DNA from: Octopus sinensis
Taxonomy: Eukaryota
Direction: 5' to 3'
Assembly: GCF_006345805.1 (NCBI RefSeq)
Contig: NC_043003.1
Coordinates: 24,242,001-24,306,000, forward strand
DNA: 64,000 nt
Shown here one piece after another: positions 1 through 12,660 of the stretch; the stretch's first letter is position 1; the number at the start of each line of letters is the position of its first letter. The notes below the pieces were generated by a model that was not told the DNA's origin, searched no databases, and saw only the letters and a list, made by a program, of their open reading frames with translations. A program made the position numbers and the translations under genes.

Positions 1-735
1 CAATCGCACCAATATTTCTCTTGTCTTTCCGGTTGTTGATATTACCTGTTGGTTACCATTTCTAACACAAAGCTATCACGCAATTTTGTTTGCTGTTCTT
101 GTTTTGTTTTTTGTTTTTTTGTAAGGTGGGGTTGCTTTTTGTTTATGGCGTGTTTTTCTTAGGTGGAGCTGGCTGGCAGGAAGCAGGAATGAACTCACAA
201 CGTACAAAACCCAATCTTTTGTCACTTCCTTCCATTCCATTGTCTGTTCCCGGTACTTTATTTAATGATTTCAAATTAAGGAAAAACAATATAATCCTCA
301 GTGGCATTTGGACTCAGAGGGTTGGAAGAAATAATGTTTTATGTGTTCTGACGTTCAAAAGACTCTGTCGCAGTTCGCCACTTGAGATTAAACAAAACAA
401 AAAGGCCATACATATAAAATGACTATTTTGGTTCTCGTTATAATATGCGAAAGTTACTTTGAGCAATATCCTTCATAAAAAATCTATTTTGTTTTCCAAG
501 ACTTTCACATCGTATGAGAAAATGATAAATAGATATTGATTTACCATAGTTATTTCATTAATAGATGTATTGGAGATGGCGGCGGCTGACATTTAATTTG
601 ACAACGTTAGTTACTCTGGAATTAGAATAGCCTCGGATTTAGGCTCAAGACCAGCAATTATAAGAAGGCCGATACTATCGACCCCAGTACTTTACCTTAT
701 CTACACCGGAGCAATTCAGAACGTAAATACTTTTT

Positions 736-812
736 TATGCGCCCTTTTCAAGCCTAGCCAGGCTCATGCGCTCGGTTTCCCGGTTTCTGTGGCGTATGTT
801 TTTCCCCCAGCT
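736..812 (-). mobile_element. 3' tail fragment of tRNA-derived SINE (family with GAAACCGGG tail)
   Basis: tatgcgcccttttcaagcctagccagg...cccccagctg is near-identical to the tail of the complete SINE at 47000-47299. Confidence 0.75.
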
Positions 813-1160
813 GATTAAGTCGATTATATGCGTAACTGGTACTTATTTAATCGACCCCGAAAGGATGAAAGGCAAAGTTGACCTCGGCGGAATTTGAACT
901 CAGAACGTAGTGGCAGACGAGATACCTATTTCTTTACTACCCACAAGGGGCTAAACACAGAGGGGACAAAGAAGGACAGACAAACGGATTAAGTCGAGTA
1001 CATCGACCCCAGTGCGTAACTAGTACTTAATTTATCGACCCCGAAAAGATGAAAAGCAAAGTCGACCTCTGCAGAATTTGAACTCAGATCGTAATGGCAG
1101 ACGAAATACCGCTAGGTATTTCGCCCGGCGTGCTAAAGTATCTGCCACATCGTCGCCCTC
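813..1160 (-). mobile_element. Two nested/tandem tRNA-derived SINEs with Nin/Deu-like central domain
   Basis: Two copies of the reverse complement of gttctgagttcaaattccgccgaggtcgactttgcctttcatcctttcggggtcgataaa (B-box plus Nin/Deu-like core); matches the + copy at 56543-56757. Confidence 0.8.
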
Positions 1161-2217
1161 TACTTCTCAACTTATAATGTCGTCATTCGAGAAATGAAAG
1201 TCAAAGTCTATTCCGATGGGATTTGAACCCAGAGCCAAAGAAGATAATTGCTAATTGCTATAGATAATTAATGATCATTTGTCGCTCTTCTGGGTTCAGC
1301 ATTCTGACCACTTTCTCTATAAATATACATTAATATCGTATAATTGATATGTCAGATAAATTATCGACTATTTTACGTAGAATTATGAGTGGATATTATA
1401 TTTAGTAACGTGCTTCCTCTGATCTGCTACTCCGGGAACACCATTATTCTCTGAAAGGAAATATTAAACTCCTTTATTTTCTTTAGTTATTTTTTTTATT
1501 GTTACACAGATAAGAGTCAGTGGGAAATTTAACACAGTATTATATCCAGCGGATGTGATAATATAATTTTATCCATAACCGCTTAAAACCAAAGAAACGT
1601 GTAGGCTGCAATTGATCGCAATAAATAAAGCGATTTGTTAAAATTGTTTTTCATATTGTATTACTTATAAAGATTAACAAAAATATGATGAAATTTTGTT
1701 TTTTCGTCATTCTCAAGACTATATATTAAATAAATTGTTTATTTATTATTACAATATTGATATCTTTTTTTTTTTCATATACGAAATTCTCAATATACTC
1801 ATTTATATAATATTTCAGATAAATAAAGGTACACCACTTGTCAAAATAATGGCATGGCAGATTCAGAGTTTATATCTCAATAGACGGAGATTAAACATCT
1901 CTTTTCTCCGGTGCCTTTTATTCTGAGTGCTGTGGGGGAAATGTTAGAAATAGAGGATAGAGGACATCGGCAAGTTTTCTGTAAGTATATGATAACATAC
2001 GTGCATACATACACAATTAAATACATACATGCATATTAATATTAATGTTTCGCTTAAGGAAGGTGAGACAGTGTTAGAATTCAATACCCATATGCTTCAG
2101 AGGAAAGCGTTAGTCGAATACTAAGCGTAAAAAGAGATTATATAAAGTAAAGGAACAATATATTATGCAATGAACTTTATTACAAACGTCCTCGTTGCCT
2201 TGTCACTTGTATAATCT

Positions 2218-2218
<1 letters not shown>

Positions 2219-2283
<65 letters not shown>

Positions 2284-2346
2284 CACACATACATACATAC
2301 ATACATACATACATACATACATAATAACAACAACAACAACAACAAC

Positions 2347-2378
<32 letters not shown>
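2219..2378. repeat. Compound microsatellite (GATA)n-(TACA)n-(CAA)n-(TAA)n
   Basis: Directly visible. Confidence 0.95.
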
Positions 2379-2380
<2 letters not shown>

Positions 2381-2795
2381 CAATACCAAGCACAGGCTCT
2401 CATGTTTTCTGATTTTAACTGACTGGAAGTATTATCATCTTTGATCACAAACAGAAATAATGGTGGGGAGGATCATAGCCATGTATTGAGAAGAATTCTT
2501 TGGGAGTTTGAATAGTTCAACTCTGAAAATGTGGGTGTTTTGTTCATCATCCTTTAACAACTCATATTCAGGATCCTTTTCAGCGGATGGGCTACTCGAT
2601 CTGAAGAAAAATTATAAGTAGGCACAACCTGCAAAGTCATGCGCTGTTTATCTTGATATGAGATAACCATGTGGCACACATATGGTTGTGATGCATGTAC
2701 CCATATCAGACTAGTATTCATGATGGGTATATTGAACTTCGTATATTTGTACTTCAGTGTCATTTTCATGGCATGTGCTGCTCTCTCACTCATTA
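2379..2795. mobile_element. Interspersed repeat of unassigned class, homologous to 47380-47695
   Basis: Shared blocks gatcatagccatgta...gaattctttggg...tttgaata...catcctt.aacaa...gggatgggctact.gac recur twice near 47380-47695. Confidence 0.5.
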
Positions 2796-3900
2796 TTAAT
2801 AATAATGAGCTTGGTGTTTACAACACTTTGATTCACCGTAACCCAACTGAATTTTTTTTTAAATACAGTAAATATCAGCAATACGCCAAAGAAAGAAATG
2901 CCGGTGTGAAAGCTAGAAGTACATGAATAGTATACAGTATAAACCCCAAATAGGCAGAACAGTGAACAATAAAAGGCCTATAAAAAGGAAAGGGTGCATA
3001 GGCACATTAAAAATAATGTTGGCGAAGTTTGGGAATCGTGGAATATTTGAAGGTTACAGTGCCCCGATAGCTAGCAACCAATCTGAGTAGTTTATTTCAT
3101 GTTTCGACAATTTAGGGCGTGAAAATATTTTCCTAGATATTAATCACCATCGCTACCAATATCGCCACGCAAGTATTTAGTAAATAACCCCTGAGAAGAA
3201 CGAAACCATTATCAACAAATTCAATCCTAAACGGCAATCGAATATCGAATGTATATCGTATGATATCAATATAAGTATTTGCATAACTTCTAGTGTCCGC
3301 GGCAGACTTATTAGATTTATGAGTCATGTGAAAGGCGTTACCGATATAATTTATACGAATAGATTGGTATGTATTGATTATTTTGTGACTAAGCGGCACA
3401 ATCGAGTATGCAATAGTTGATGACCATATAAGGAAGAAGAACAGAAAGTCTAATGACAACCGCTTCATTTTGAAAAGCATAATTTTAGATCAGTAGATTT
3501 TTTCTATTTTGTGTTGTTTTAATGTTTTTCTTTCGTTTTGTGAAATCCGCCATTACACAGTAAATTCTATTTCGAGAATTACTCTCTGTAGTCGTTGGAT
3601 TTGGATATAAACCATAGATTACTGCTACTAAATGCAACATCCTGGATACTATATTAATTAAATGATACCCTTTGTCACATTTTGTAGCTTTTTTAAACCG
3701 CTTTTAAGCTACTAATCTCATTGATCAGTATATTAATCTTCTCATCGCCATTTATATCCAGCAATAATTTTACAATACACTGCGTGCTATTTTTGTGCAT
3801 TGACTAGCTCTACATACAATATGAGATTGTGCAAGACATAAATGGATGCTGACATCATTTAAAACATTGTTAATGAACCAACTACACATTAGAAGAAATA

Positions 3901-4288
3901 TATTGCTGTTTGGTTAAGAAATTTGCTTTTCAACCACGTACTTTTGGTGTCTTCTATAATTGCCCCGGGTCGAATGTCTTGTCTTCTGAGGGAATTTAGT
4001 TGTACGTATGTGTGTGTGTGTATGTGAGCATGCATGTACATGTGTGTGTGCGTGCACATGTGTGTGTATGTGTGTGTGTATATGTGTGTGTTTAGTATAC
4101 CTTCTACTCCTTAATGACCAATGTTAGTTTGTTTATATCCCATAAATTAGAGGTTCAACAAACGTGTACTAGCACACTTTAAAATAAGCGCTGGACTTGA
4201 TTTGTTGGACTAAATGCTTGAAGGCGATAAACCAGCATGGCCGCAGTCCAACGACTAACAATTGCAAGAAAGGAAATGGAAAGATAAA
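3901..4288 (+). mobile_element. Old CORE-type SINE with internal (TG)n
   Basis: Degenerate head, internal TG tract, tail ccagcatggccgcagtccaacgactaaca. Confidence 0.65.
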
Positions 4289-4717
4289 AATTTCCTAGCG
4301 CTAGAGACTGTTAACTTAATCAGGGGAGTCTTACGAGTGTAACATGGTTTTATCTTTAATCCAAATACTGCACCCGTCCGGGATTTCTCCCCACCCCCAC
4401 TCTCTCTTTACTTTTCTGAAATTCGACAAACATAATTGCGATGAGTGGTAATGTTTTACAGTGTTTCGAATGAGGCACCCGTAGAAATCCACAAGCTTAC
4501 CTCACTCGGCATTTGCTCATCATTGAACAGCCACCTGGATGTGACTTGCATCAATTCACTGATTATTTAATGCACTTTTTAATTGTCTGCACTGACGATT
4601 AAAAAGTGCATTTTGTGCACTAATTATGAAATCATATTATCTGCGGCTGAATCTGTTTTTAAAAGGCTCGTTCCGAGAGTTGCATTCCCTCGCGTTCGGT
4701 ACACTGTGTTTATCATG

Positions 4718-4778
4718 GTAGTTTTGACTTTAAGAGTCCCTCCTAGCGTGAGGCATTTATGTATAGTTATGCCCTTAA
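4718..4778. mobile_element. Single TIR arm of the hairpin MITE at 17112-17240
   Basis: gtagttttgactttaagagtccctcctagcgtgaggcatttatgtatagttatgccc-ttaa is near-identical to the right arm at 17184-17244. Confidence 0.8.
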
Positions 4779-4794
4779 TATAAATAAATAAAAT

Positions 4795-4853
<59 letters not shown>

Positions 4854-4932
4854 AGTATGTATGTATGCAAGTATGTGTGTGTGTTTTCTAGTATGTGTCC
4901 TTAAAACATATTTTCAGGCATAGAAGTGATTA

Positions 4933-5385
4933 GGCGCAAGCATGGCTCTATGGTTAGGAATTGAGCTTCTCAACTACATGGTTCTGTCCTTTTGATTGCT
5001 ACCTTGCAAAAATGTATTCCGTTATAGACTCGGGCCAATCATAGTCTTGTGGAGTTGATGTGGTAGACGGAAACTGAAGGAAGCCCGTCGTATATGTGCG
5101 TGAGTGCGTGTGTTTGAATGTATGCATGTGCATGTATGCATGTGCGTTCGTGCATGTGTGTGATTGTGTATAGCTTTGTGTCTGCGCTTGTCCTCCACTA
5201 CCGCTTGACAACCGGTGTTGGTGTGTTTACGTCCCGGTAAGTTAGCAGTTCGGCAAAAGATACTGATAGATTAAATATCAGGCGCTAAGAAAAAGATGAT
5301 AAAATAAGTAGTAGAGTTGATTTGTTTTACTAAAAGTCTTCAATGGCCACAAGTCTATTGACTTAAACAAGTAAAAGTTAAAAGA
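4933..5385 (+). mobile_element. CORE-type (OR2-like) SINE, diverged
   Basis: ggcgcaagcatggctctatggttag head, ggtagacggaaactgaaggaagcccgtcg, internal TG microsatellite, family tail. Confidence 0.75.
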
Positions 5386-5674
5386 TATTATTGTGTCTTA
5401 GTTTCTTTTTTTTTCTCTCTGTTTCCGAAAAATGTTCGTCGTGACGGATCTTAATTTACAAGTTGGAAATCAATGGAACCATACATTAGGAATTACGGAA
5501 ATGTACCCCATGCTGAGATTTATAAAAAAAACAAATTTCCGTTACGCCGAGATGCCTAAATACAAATCACGTATGTTTGAGTATATTTGTAGATGCAGGC
5601 ACAAAAACATATCCCTACACCTACATACACAGAGACATATACACCTACACACGCATATATATATATACATACAT

Positions 5675-5705
<31 letters not shown>

Positions 5706-6261
5706 TACATACATACATACATACATACATACATACATACATACATACATACATACATACATACGTACATACATTAGAGACATTGTAAGACATTATAAAA
5801 CTTCTCCATCAGAGACTCTTTAGATGAATAGATGCACACACTTAGGTGTATTCATCGACAGTTCAACCAACACACCAACTCAACCACATATCTACAGACA
5901 CCGGGAACTTTCTTCACACAAAAAGTATTGTCGCTTTGTTAGCGACCAGCTTGAACTCTGTTAAGAATTTAAATGAAACTCAAAGAAAGCTAACATGAGA
6001 TGTATAATAAGCTGCAGTTAATTTTGCTGTACTTTTTAAAGCATTTCATGTTGTGTTCAGTTGACTAAGTATTAGCATAGTTATATCGTAGTAGACATCA
6101 ACAGTATGAAATCAATAGCACCAGAGACAATCAAATAACTGGAAAAATAAATAAACCCACGCAGTACCAATGCCTTGTCGAGAACTTTTTCAGTTCGTCA
6201 TACAAGTTAACATAATACTTATCTCTCTCTACACACACACCCCTACATTTACATACAGATA

Positions 6262-6479
6262 CTCTTTTACTTGCTTCAGTCATTTGACTGCGGCCATGCT
6301 GGAGCACCGCCTTTAATCGAGCAACTCGACCCCGGGACTTATTCTTTGTAAGCCTAGTACTTATTCTATCAGTCTCTTTTGCCGAACCGCTAACTGACGG
6401 GGACATAAGCACACTAGCATCGGTTGTCAAGCAATGCTAGGGGGTCAAACACACACACATACATATATATATATATACA
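6262..6479 (-). mobile_element. CORE-type SINE, 3' half (split by Helitron)
   Basis: ctcttttacttgcttcagtcatttgactgcggccatgctggagcaccgcc running into the internal CA/TA tract; 5' half resumes at 8090. Confidence 0.9.
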
Positions 6480-8089
6480 CTAGTAGTATCGCCCGGCGTT
6501 GCTCGGGTTGTAAGAGAAATAACTATATAAGCATTTTTAGAGAGTTATAGCCAAAAAATAGCAAAAAAATGCATTACAAATTGAAAAAAAATTAAGGTAA
6601 ATTTTTTTTTAAATTGTTGACACATCGTAGATATTTTTAGAGAGTTACTTCCCTTATATAAAAGCGAAAAAATGCATTAAAATGGAAAAATATGATGGTA
6701 AATTTTTTTAAATCGTAGACTCATCGTAGACGCACGCTAATACCCAGAAGGGCTCGATATGAATCACGACTATAAGATACCCGCTTTTGGTTAAACTGCA
6801 CCGCAAAATGTGGGAGTAGTTAGGAATCTAAATCGTAGGAGACAGACACACAACTTCACTCTTATATAAAGATGCTTTTTTTTTCAGTCATAGAGTTAGA
6901 TTTATGAAGGTCTTCAGTAGAAAATCCTTCGAATTCTGACTCGCTGCTTGATATAATGAAATTCGTATCCATTTTTTGTCAGAATTACAAATTTTGAAAA
7001 CACAATAGGAACAAATTTCGGAAAAAAAATCTCCCATAATTCACGGAATTAAAATTACACTTCGATTTTTGTACAAAACTGTAGTTGAAGTGTTTACGAA
7101 GTATAATACGTGTTTTCACGAATGTACTAAAGAGATTTGCTCTGATATTCTCATTTAAATATGAATAGGTAAATTCGGGCGGCTTGGTAACGAAAGGGTT
7201 AAACGGATGCATACATTTATTAATCTCTTATTATAATAACTATATATAAGTGTCGTCTGTTTATACATAAACACTGTTTCATACTGCAATTATATATACA
7301 TATATCTATATATAATATTATATAATAAAATATATACAGAGTAAAATAAAAACCCTTTTACCTTTTCTGTCCGTCCGTGTGTCTTTGCAAATGTGTTGGA
7401 ATGATAAGTGAGTTGGGTTTTGGCGCCTTTTTTACTAATAACAAACACACACGTGTTTGTATGTAGTTGTATGTGTATGTAGTTGTATGTAGTTGTATAT
7501 GTATGTGTATGCGTGTGTGTGAGGAATGACACACACACACACTCACGCACGCACACATGTACATCAATGCTTTCGGAGTGATATGTTAAAATATTGAGTT
7601 TTCTCGAATTTTGTCTTAATGGGGGTGAAATTGAAAGAAATATATTATGGCATGAGCGAATGGAGTACTTTGAAAAATCTTAGGTAAATTCTAATTGAAG
7701 AAATTGTGTGAGGAGTAAATGGTTATGTATTTATTTGTTTCTGTTTGCTGTGTTTTTTTTTTGAGTAGTGGTTTAAATACTTTCAGTTTAGTCTTCCTCA
7801 AATCACTCTGTCGCTATTTACTTTCATTTTATTCGTTGCACACTGTGTGTGTGCGTTTGCGTGTGGTGTAAACCAGACTAAGAAAAGCATTTGACACACA
7901 CACCAGAATGTGAGTTTTCTGTAAATTTTGCTTAATTGGAGTTTAAATTATAAAAACTGGACCTGGCATGACGCGATGCATTCTACTCTTAAAAAATGCT
8001 AGGTAAATTGTAATTGAAGAAATCCTATATTGTAGATTTCTATAACTCCCAAAGGGAGGCAGATAAAATCTGCCTTTTATAATAAGAGA
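6480..8089 (-). mobile_element. Composite non-autonomous Helitron (core unit 6480-6872)
   Basis: Minus strand: 3' CTAG at 6483-6480 with GC hairpin cccgagcaacgccggg (6492-6507) just upstream; 5' TC ends at 6872 (TCTTTATATAAG) and 8089 (TCTCTTATTATAAAAG); sits between A and T with no TSD; removal restores the SINE. Confidence 0.75.
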
Positions 8090-8253
8090 TATATACGACC
8101 GTCTGCTTTCAGTTTCCGTCTACCAAATCCACTCACAAAGCTTTGGTCAGCCCGAGGCTATTGTAGAAGACACTTGCCCAAGGTGCCACGCAGTGGGACT
8201 GAACCCGGAACCATGTGGTTGGTAAACAAGCTACTTACCACACAGCCACTCCT
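8090..8253 (-). mobile_element. CORE-type SINE, 5' half
   Basis: ttccgtctaccaaatccactcacaa...gacacttgcccaaggtgccacgcagtgggactgaacccggaacc...cacacagccactcct (tRNA-like head plus CORE-like ttgggcaagtg). Confidence 0.9.
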
Positions 8254-8281
8254 AAATTATTACTACTACGGTACTACGTCG

Positions 8282-8588
8282 GTTACGACGCCGAAGATTC
8301 TAGTTGATCCAACCAGCGGAACATCTTGCTCGTGAAATTAACGTGTTCTCGAGGAGATTCGGTGTGATGCAGAGTGTGACAAGGCTGGTCCTTTGAAATA
8401 CGGGTACAACGGAAACAGGAAAAAGAGTGATAGTTGTGGTGAAAGAGTACACCACAGTTCGCCCCCCCCCCTGCCGGAGCTTCGTGTTTTTGCTTAGTAA
8501 ACACTCACAAAGCCCGATCTGGAAATCGAAACCGCGATTCTATGACCGCGAGTCCACTGCTCTAACAACTGGGCCATTGCGCATCCGC
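8282..8588 (-). mobile_element. tRNA-derived SINE, chimeric head/tail
   Basis: Head (8440-8588) matches the 47000-47299 family; tail (8300-8410) matches the 17557-17866 tail. Confidence 0.7.
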
Positions 8589-8744
8589 ATATATAAAAAT
8601 ACCCACATATGTATATGATTGTGTGTATGTAAGTATGTATGTATGGATGGATGGATGGATGGATGGATGGATGGATGGATGGATGGATATGTGAGGATTT
8701 GTATGCTTTGTTTTATGTATGTATTCTCATCTAGATGTGCGCAT

Positions 8745-8970
8745 ATATACTTAAATAATGAGATTCAAGAAAGTTTTACAGATTTTTACAGTTCCAGTGA
8801 TAGATTGGTTTTGTAGTCTTCGAATCAGCCTTCATCTTTTTGGCTTTGAAAAGCCTAATTTTTCAAGATTGGCTGTGTGTTATATATCCCATTTCTCCAA
8901 TAATTACAGGTATAAATTTGAACTTGTAGTCTGAATAGAGTAACTACAGATTTCTCAATAGTTCAGCGTA
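8745..8970 (-). mobile_element. 3' end fragment of REL-endonuclease LINE
   Basis: Homologous to 39050-39270 (aataattacaggtataaa..tgaacttgta.tctg.atagagtaact.cagatttctcaatagttcagc). Confidence 0.75.
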
Positions 8971-10670
8971 TATAAGTATGTATGTATGTATGTATGTATG
9001 TATGTATGTATGTATGTATGTATGTATGTATGTATGTATGTATGTATGTATATGCATATGTTTATATCACAGTGCAAGTGTTTAACATAAAGGAAATAAA
9101 TAAGATGGCTTCTCTTACATACTTATCGGAATGCAAACACATGAATGTATAGTATAATAAATTGACTCGTATTCATCTTAGGTAGGAATTACTGTCGGTA
9201 AGAATATAGATTTGTTTGTATCCATCTCAATATATCACCATTTCTTCTCCGCATCATATTTTAAGGATGGAGCCCTGCTAATGTATCTATAAATATACAA
9301 ACGTCATGCCATTATATAGATACGGTACATCTGCACTCTAACCATTTATTGCATTGTCAGATAAATTCGTTGGGTTTTTTGTCTTGTTTTGTTTTTTGGT
9401 GGTAGGGTTTCCTATTCATCTTAGTCCTTTCCAATATTATATGAATTAACACGTAATATATTTTTCTCGTGGTATTTTTATGGGTTTGTGCAGCTCTGCT
9501 CTTTCCCTACAATTTATATTCGTCGTTTTGAAAATTTGAAAAATAAATTTTCGTCTTTTCCGACATATGGCGATTGAGTGTGCCAAGCAGAACAAAACGA
9601 ACACATTTATCTGACAACCTAATACTACCACCTTCATATATCTGTTGACTTTGTAACTGTATAGGTAATCGCATTTTCACAATAGTTTTCATTTAAAAAA
9701 TTTAACCAGGTGTCATCTTCAAGCAAAAGACGTTATATACGAAATTAATCGATATTAATTGCTAGAATTGAATTTCAGAAACGAGTTAATATCTTTCGAA
9801 TGAAAATAATTACCACATAATTCAGTTATACTTTTGAATAAGCAAAAGCCTATTCTTTCTATTATATGAATTTCACTTTGGTTTAGCTGTTAAAATCTAA
9901 TCAAAAATCTATAATTAATTGCCTTTCACACGTCTTTTATTTCCATTTTGTTCATTTCGATTTCAATGAATTCGTTTGACAGCAGATCTAACTAAATGCA
10001 TAGCAACCTGTAAGAGATACGTTTAGGATGAGATCAAAGCCTTGAGCAAAACTTCTTGAATGCAGAAACGAATATAAGACTTCGTTACATGATACCACCA
10101 ATTTAATGATACTGATGATATTAAATCCGATAAAATTCTCAGATCCTTATCGTAGCTATCCATGGAAACGTTTGCAGTTCATTAGATACTAATTCAACTT
10201 TCAGTCCGCCATTGTATAGCTAAGATTTCTCGCAACTTTCATCTACTTTCAGATGTAAATCTCGATGAGTAAAATAATCCATGAAAGTGGTTGTATTAAC
10301 GTTAAGTTCTGGAATGTTCTGTGTGATTATATAGAGGAAAATCTGTAATATAATATATTAGGTTATAATACGAAAGCTACATGTTTGCTATCATGTAAAA
10401 TTATATCCAGTTCAATGCAAAGCGAAGTCAACGGCCTCAGTGCATGTGTCACTCTTTCTCCTGTGTAACTTTACTTACGAAAGTTCTTTTAGGTGCAAGC
10501 GTCGTCGTCCTCTACATAATCTATTCGCTTTACAACGTCGTGAATCTGGGCTCGGTGCCGCTAAGCATCAACATGGAACGTGGCCCTGGAATACATTCGA
10601 ATCGAACAATGCATTTCCAGAGGAATTTGGAAGAAGGAAACTATGCAGAAGTTCCTGGTATATGTATATA

Positions 10671-12660
10671 GGGTGAATTCACAAAAAAGAAAAGACGAAG
10701 ACAGGTGGTGTAGACAACAAACAGGTGTATTAGTTTAACGCTCGGGAAGTGAAGAAGTCTTTAACGTTTCGAGCCTACTCTCTTTCACAGAAAGGAACGC
10801 ATAAAGAAACAAGTACAGAAAATAAAGAATGCGTAGTGGTTAGCGATCTATCATGGCGAATGCCGGACAGAGAGGTCACAAAGGAGGGCTAGGAAGAAGG
10901 GGAGATAATAAAGTAGTGGTGATCCCAAAACGAAGTTGCGCGTGCGTGTGTATAAGAGAGTATGGATGTGCGTGTGGAAGAGGGCTGGTGACCATGACGT
11001 GTGCGTGTGTGGATGTGGGGCTGGGAAGGGGTCACTGCTAGTGTGTGTGTAGTGGTGTGATGTGATGTGGTGCTCTGTGGTAGGGTGGTGTGGTGTGATG
11101 ATGTTGGGAAGTGGGGGAGGCAAGAGTGGGGAAAGCAATTGTGGAGTGAAGCCAGGGGTGAAGAGAAGAAGTAGGAGTCGAAGCAAGAGAGAAGTGTGTG
11201 GAAGGAGTATGTGTAAGGGAGAGAGAGGCGAGGAGAGGAGGTTAGATAAAGAGGGGAGGAGAGTTGAGCGCGTGCGACGCAAATGAGCGATGTGAGAAGG
11301 TTAATCCCTGTTCACGGCGCAATCGGGAGTCCGGATGTCTCCTGTGCAAGGAAAATCCGAACACAGATAGGTGTTGCAAAGAGTGACCGGTAGAGCGGAA
11401 ATGGCACGAGACTGGGGTGTCATTGCCGAGTCGGACATCTCGGAGCTGTTCCGCGAACCGGTCAGTCAAGCGGCGTCCCGTTTGCCCGATGTATAGAGAA
11501 GGGCAGAGAGAGTAGGAGATGCAGTAGATGACATTGGTAAAAGTGCAGGCGAAAGAGTCGGTGATGTGATAGCATCGATGATGGGTGCTAGTGAGGAGGG
11601 TGGTGTTGGAGAGGTAAGGGCAAGTGCTGCAGCGTGGGCGGGAGCGGGGGTACGAGCCGGGTTGGGAGGTTGGGAGGTTGGAAGAAGCTGTGGCAAGGGC
11701 GGTGTGGATAGTGGCGAGGGGATATCCAAGTAGGATGAAGTGGCGAGCCATGAGTGACGACCAAAGTCATGGTCATCACTACAGAGCCTGCGTAGGCGGA
11801 TGAATTGGGAATAGGGGATGAAAAGCTTTGTGTGCTTAGGGTGGGAGGAGCAGAATTTGTGGTATGAGTGTGAGTCTGTGTATTTGTAGTGCATGGAGGT
11901 GGTGAGAGTGGAGAGTGGATGAATGTTGACCGAAATGTCAAGAAAGGAGACAGAGTTGTCAGAGATAGTGCAGGAGAAGTGGAAGGCAGGCTGGAAAGAT
12001 TTGACAAAAGATAGGAAGGAGTCTAGATGTTCGCGGAAGAGTGACTTCGCACCGATACAGTCGTCAATATAACGGCTGTATAGTTCGGGAGTGGGAACAG
12101 TGAAACTTGAGAATATTTGGGCCTCAACGTAGCCAACGAACAGGTTTGCATAGTTGGGGCCCATGGCCACTCCCGAGAATTGCTAGTAAAAATCACCAGC
12201 GAACGAGAAGCAGTTGAGTGAGAAGACAAGTTCGGCCAGACAAACGAATGTGGATGTGCCGGGTGGGGGTTCGGTCGAAGGTCAAGGAAATGTTGGAGTG
12301 CATGCAGCCCCTCGTGGTGAGGGATTACCGTGTAAAGGCTCTGGATGTCGAGAGTGAAGAAAAGTTTAGAGTGACCAGGAGAGAAGGAGAAAGAGTTGAA
12401 CAAACGAAGCGTGTGGTTGGTGTCGTGGATGTGAGAGGGGAGGGAAGCCACTAGGAGGCAAGGACATGGTCAAGGTATCTGGAGATGAGTTCGGTGGGGC
12501 AATTGTATGCGGAGACGATGAGCCGGCCAGGGTCGTTTTTGGGGAGGAAGTAAATAGTGGGGGTGCGAGGGGTGCGATGGGGGCAGACGAGAAGACGAGA
12601 TGAGGTCATTGATAGTGGAGGACACAGTTTATTGGTAGCTAGACGTGGGGTCAGAAAGCA
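10671..12660 (-). mobile_element. Penelope-like retroelement (PLE), 5'-truncated, frameshifted RT + GIY-YIG
   Basis: ORF pieces: FTLDIQSLYTVIPH (RT), MAMGPNYANLF, RYIDD, FLDI, SSHP..IPYSQFIRLRRLCS (thumb), NVIYCISYSLCPSLYIGQTGRRL..RFAE (GIY-YIG); pyrimidine-rich 3' region and pLTR-like end. Confidence 0.92.
11242..12660 (-). pseudogene. Disrupted PLE RT-GIY-YIG polyprotein
   Basis: Domains are split across four ORFs (12451-12666, 12023-12451, 11466-12170, 11242-11751) by frameshifts and stops. Confidence 0.9.
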
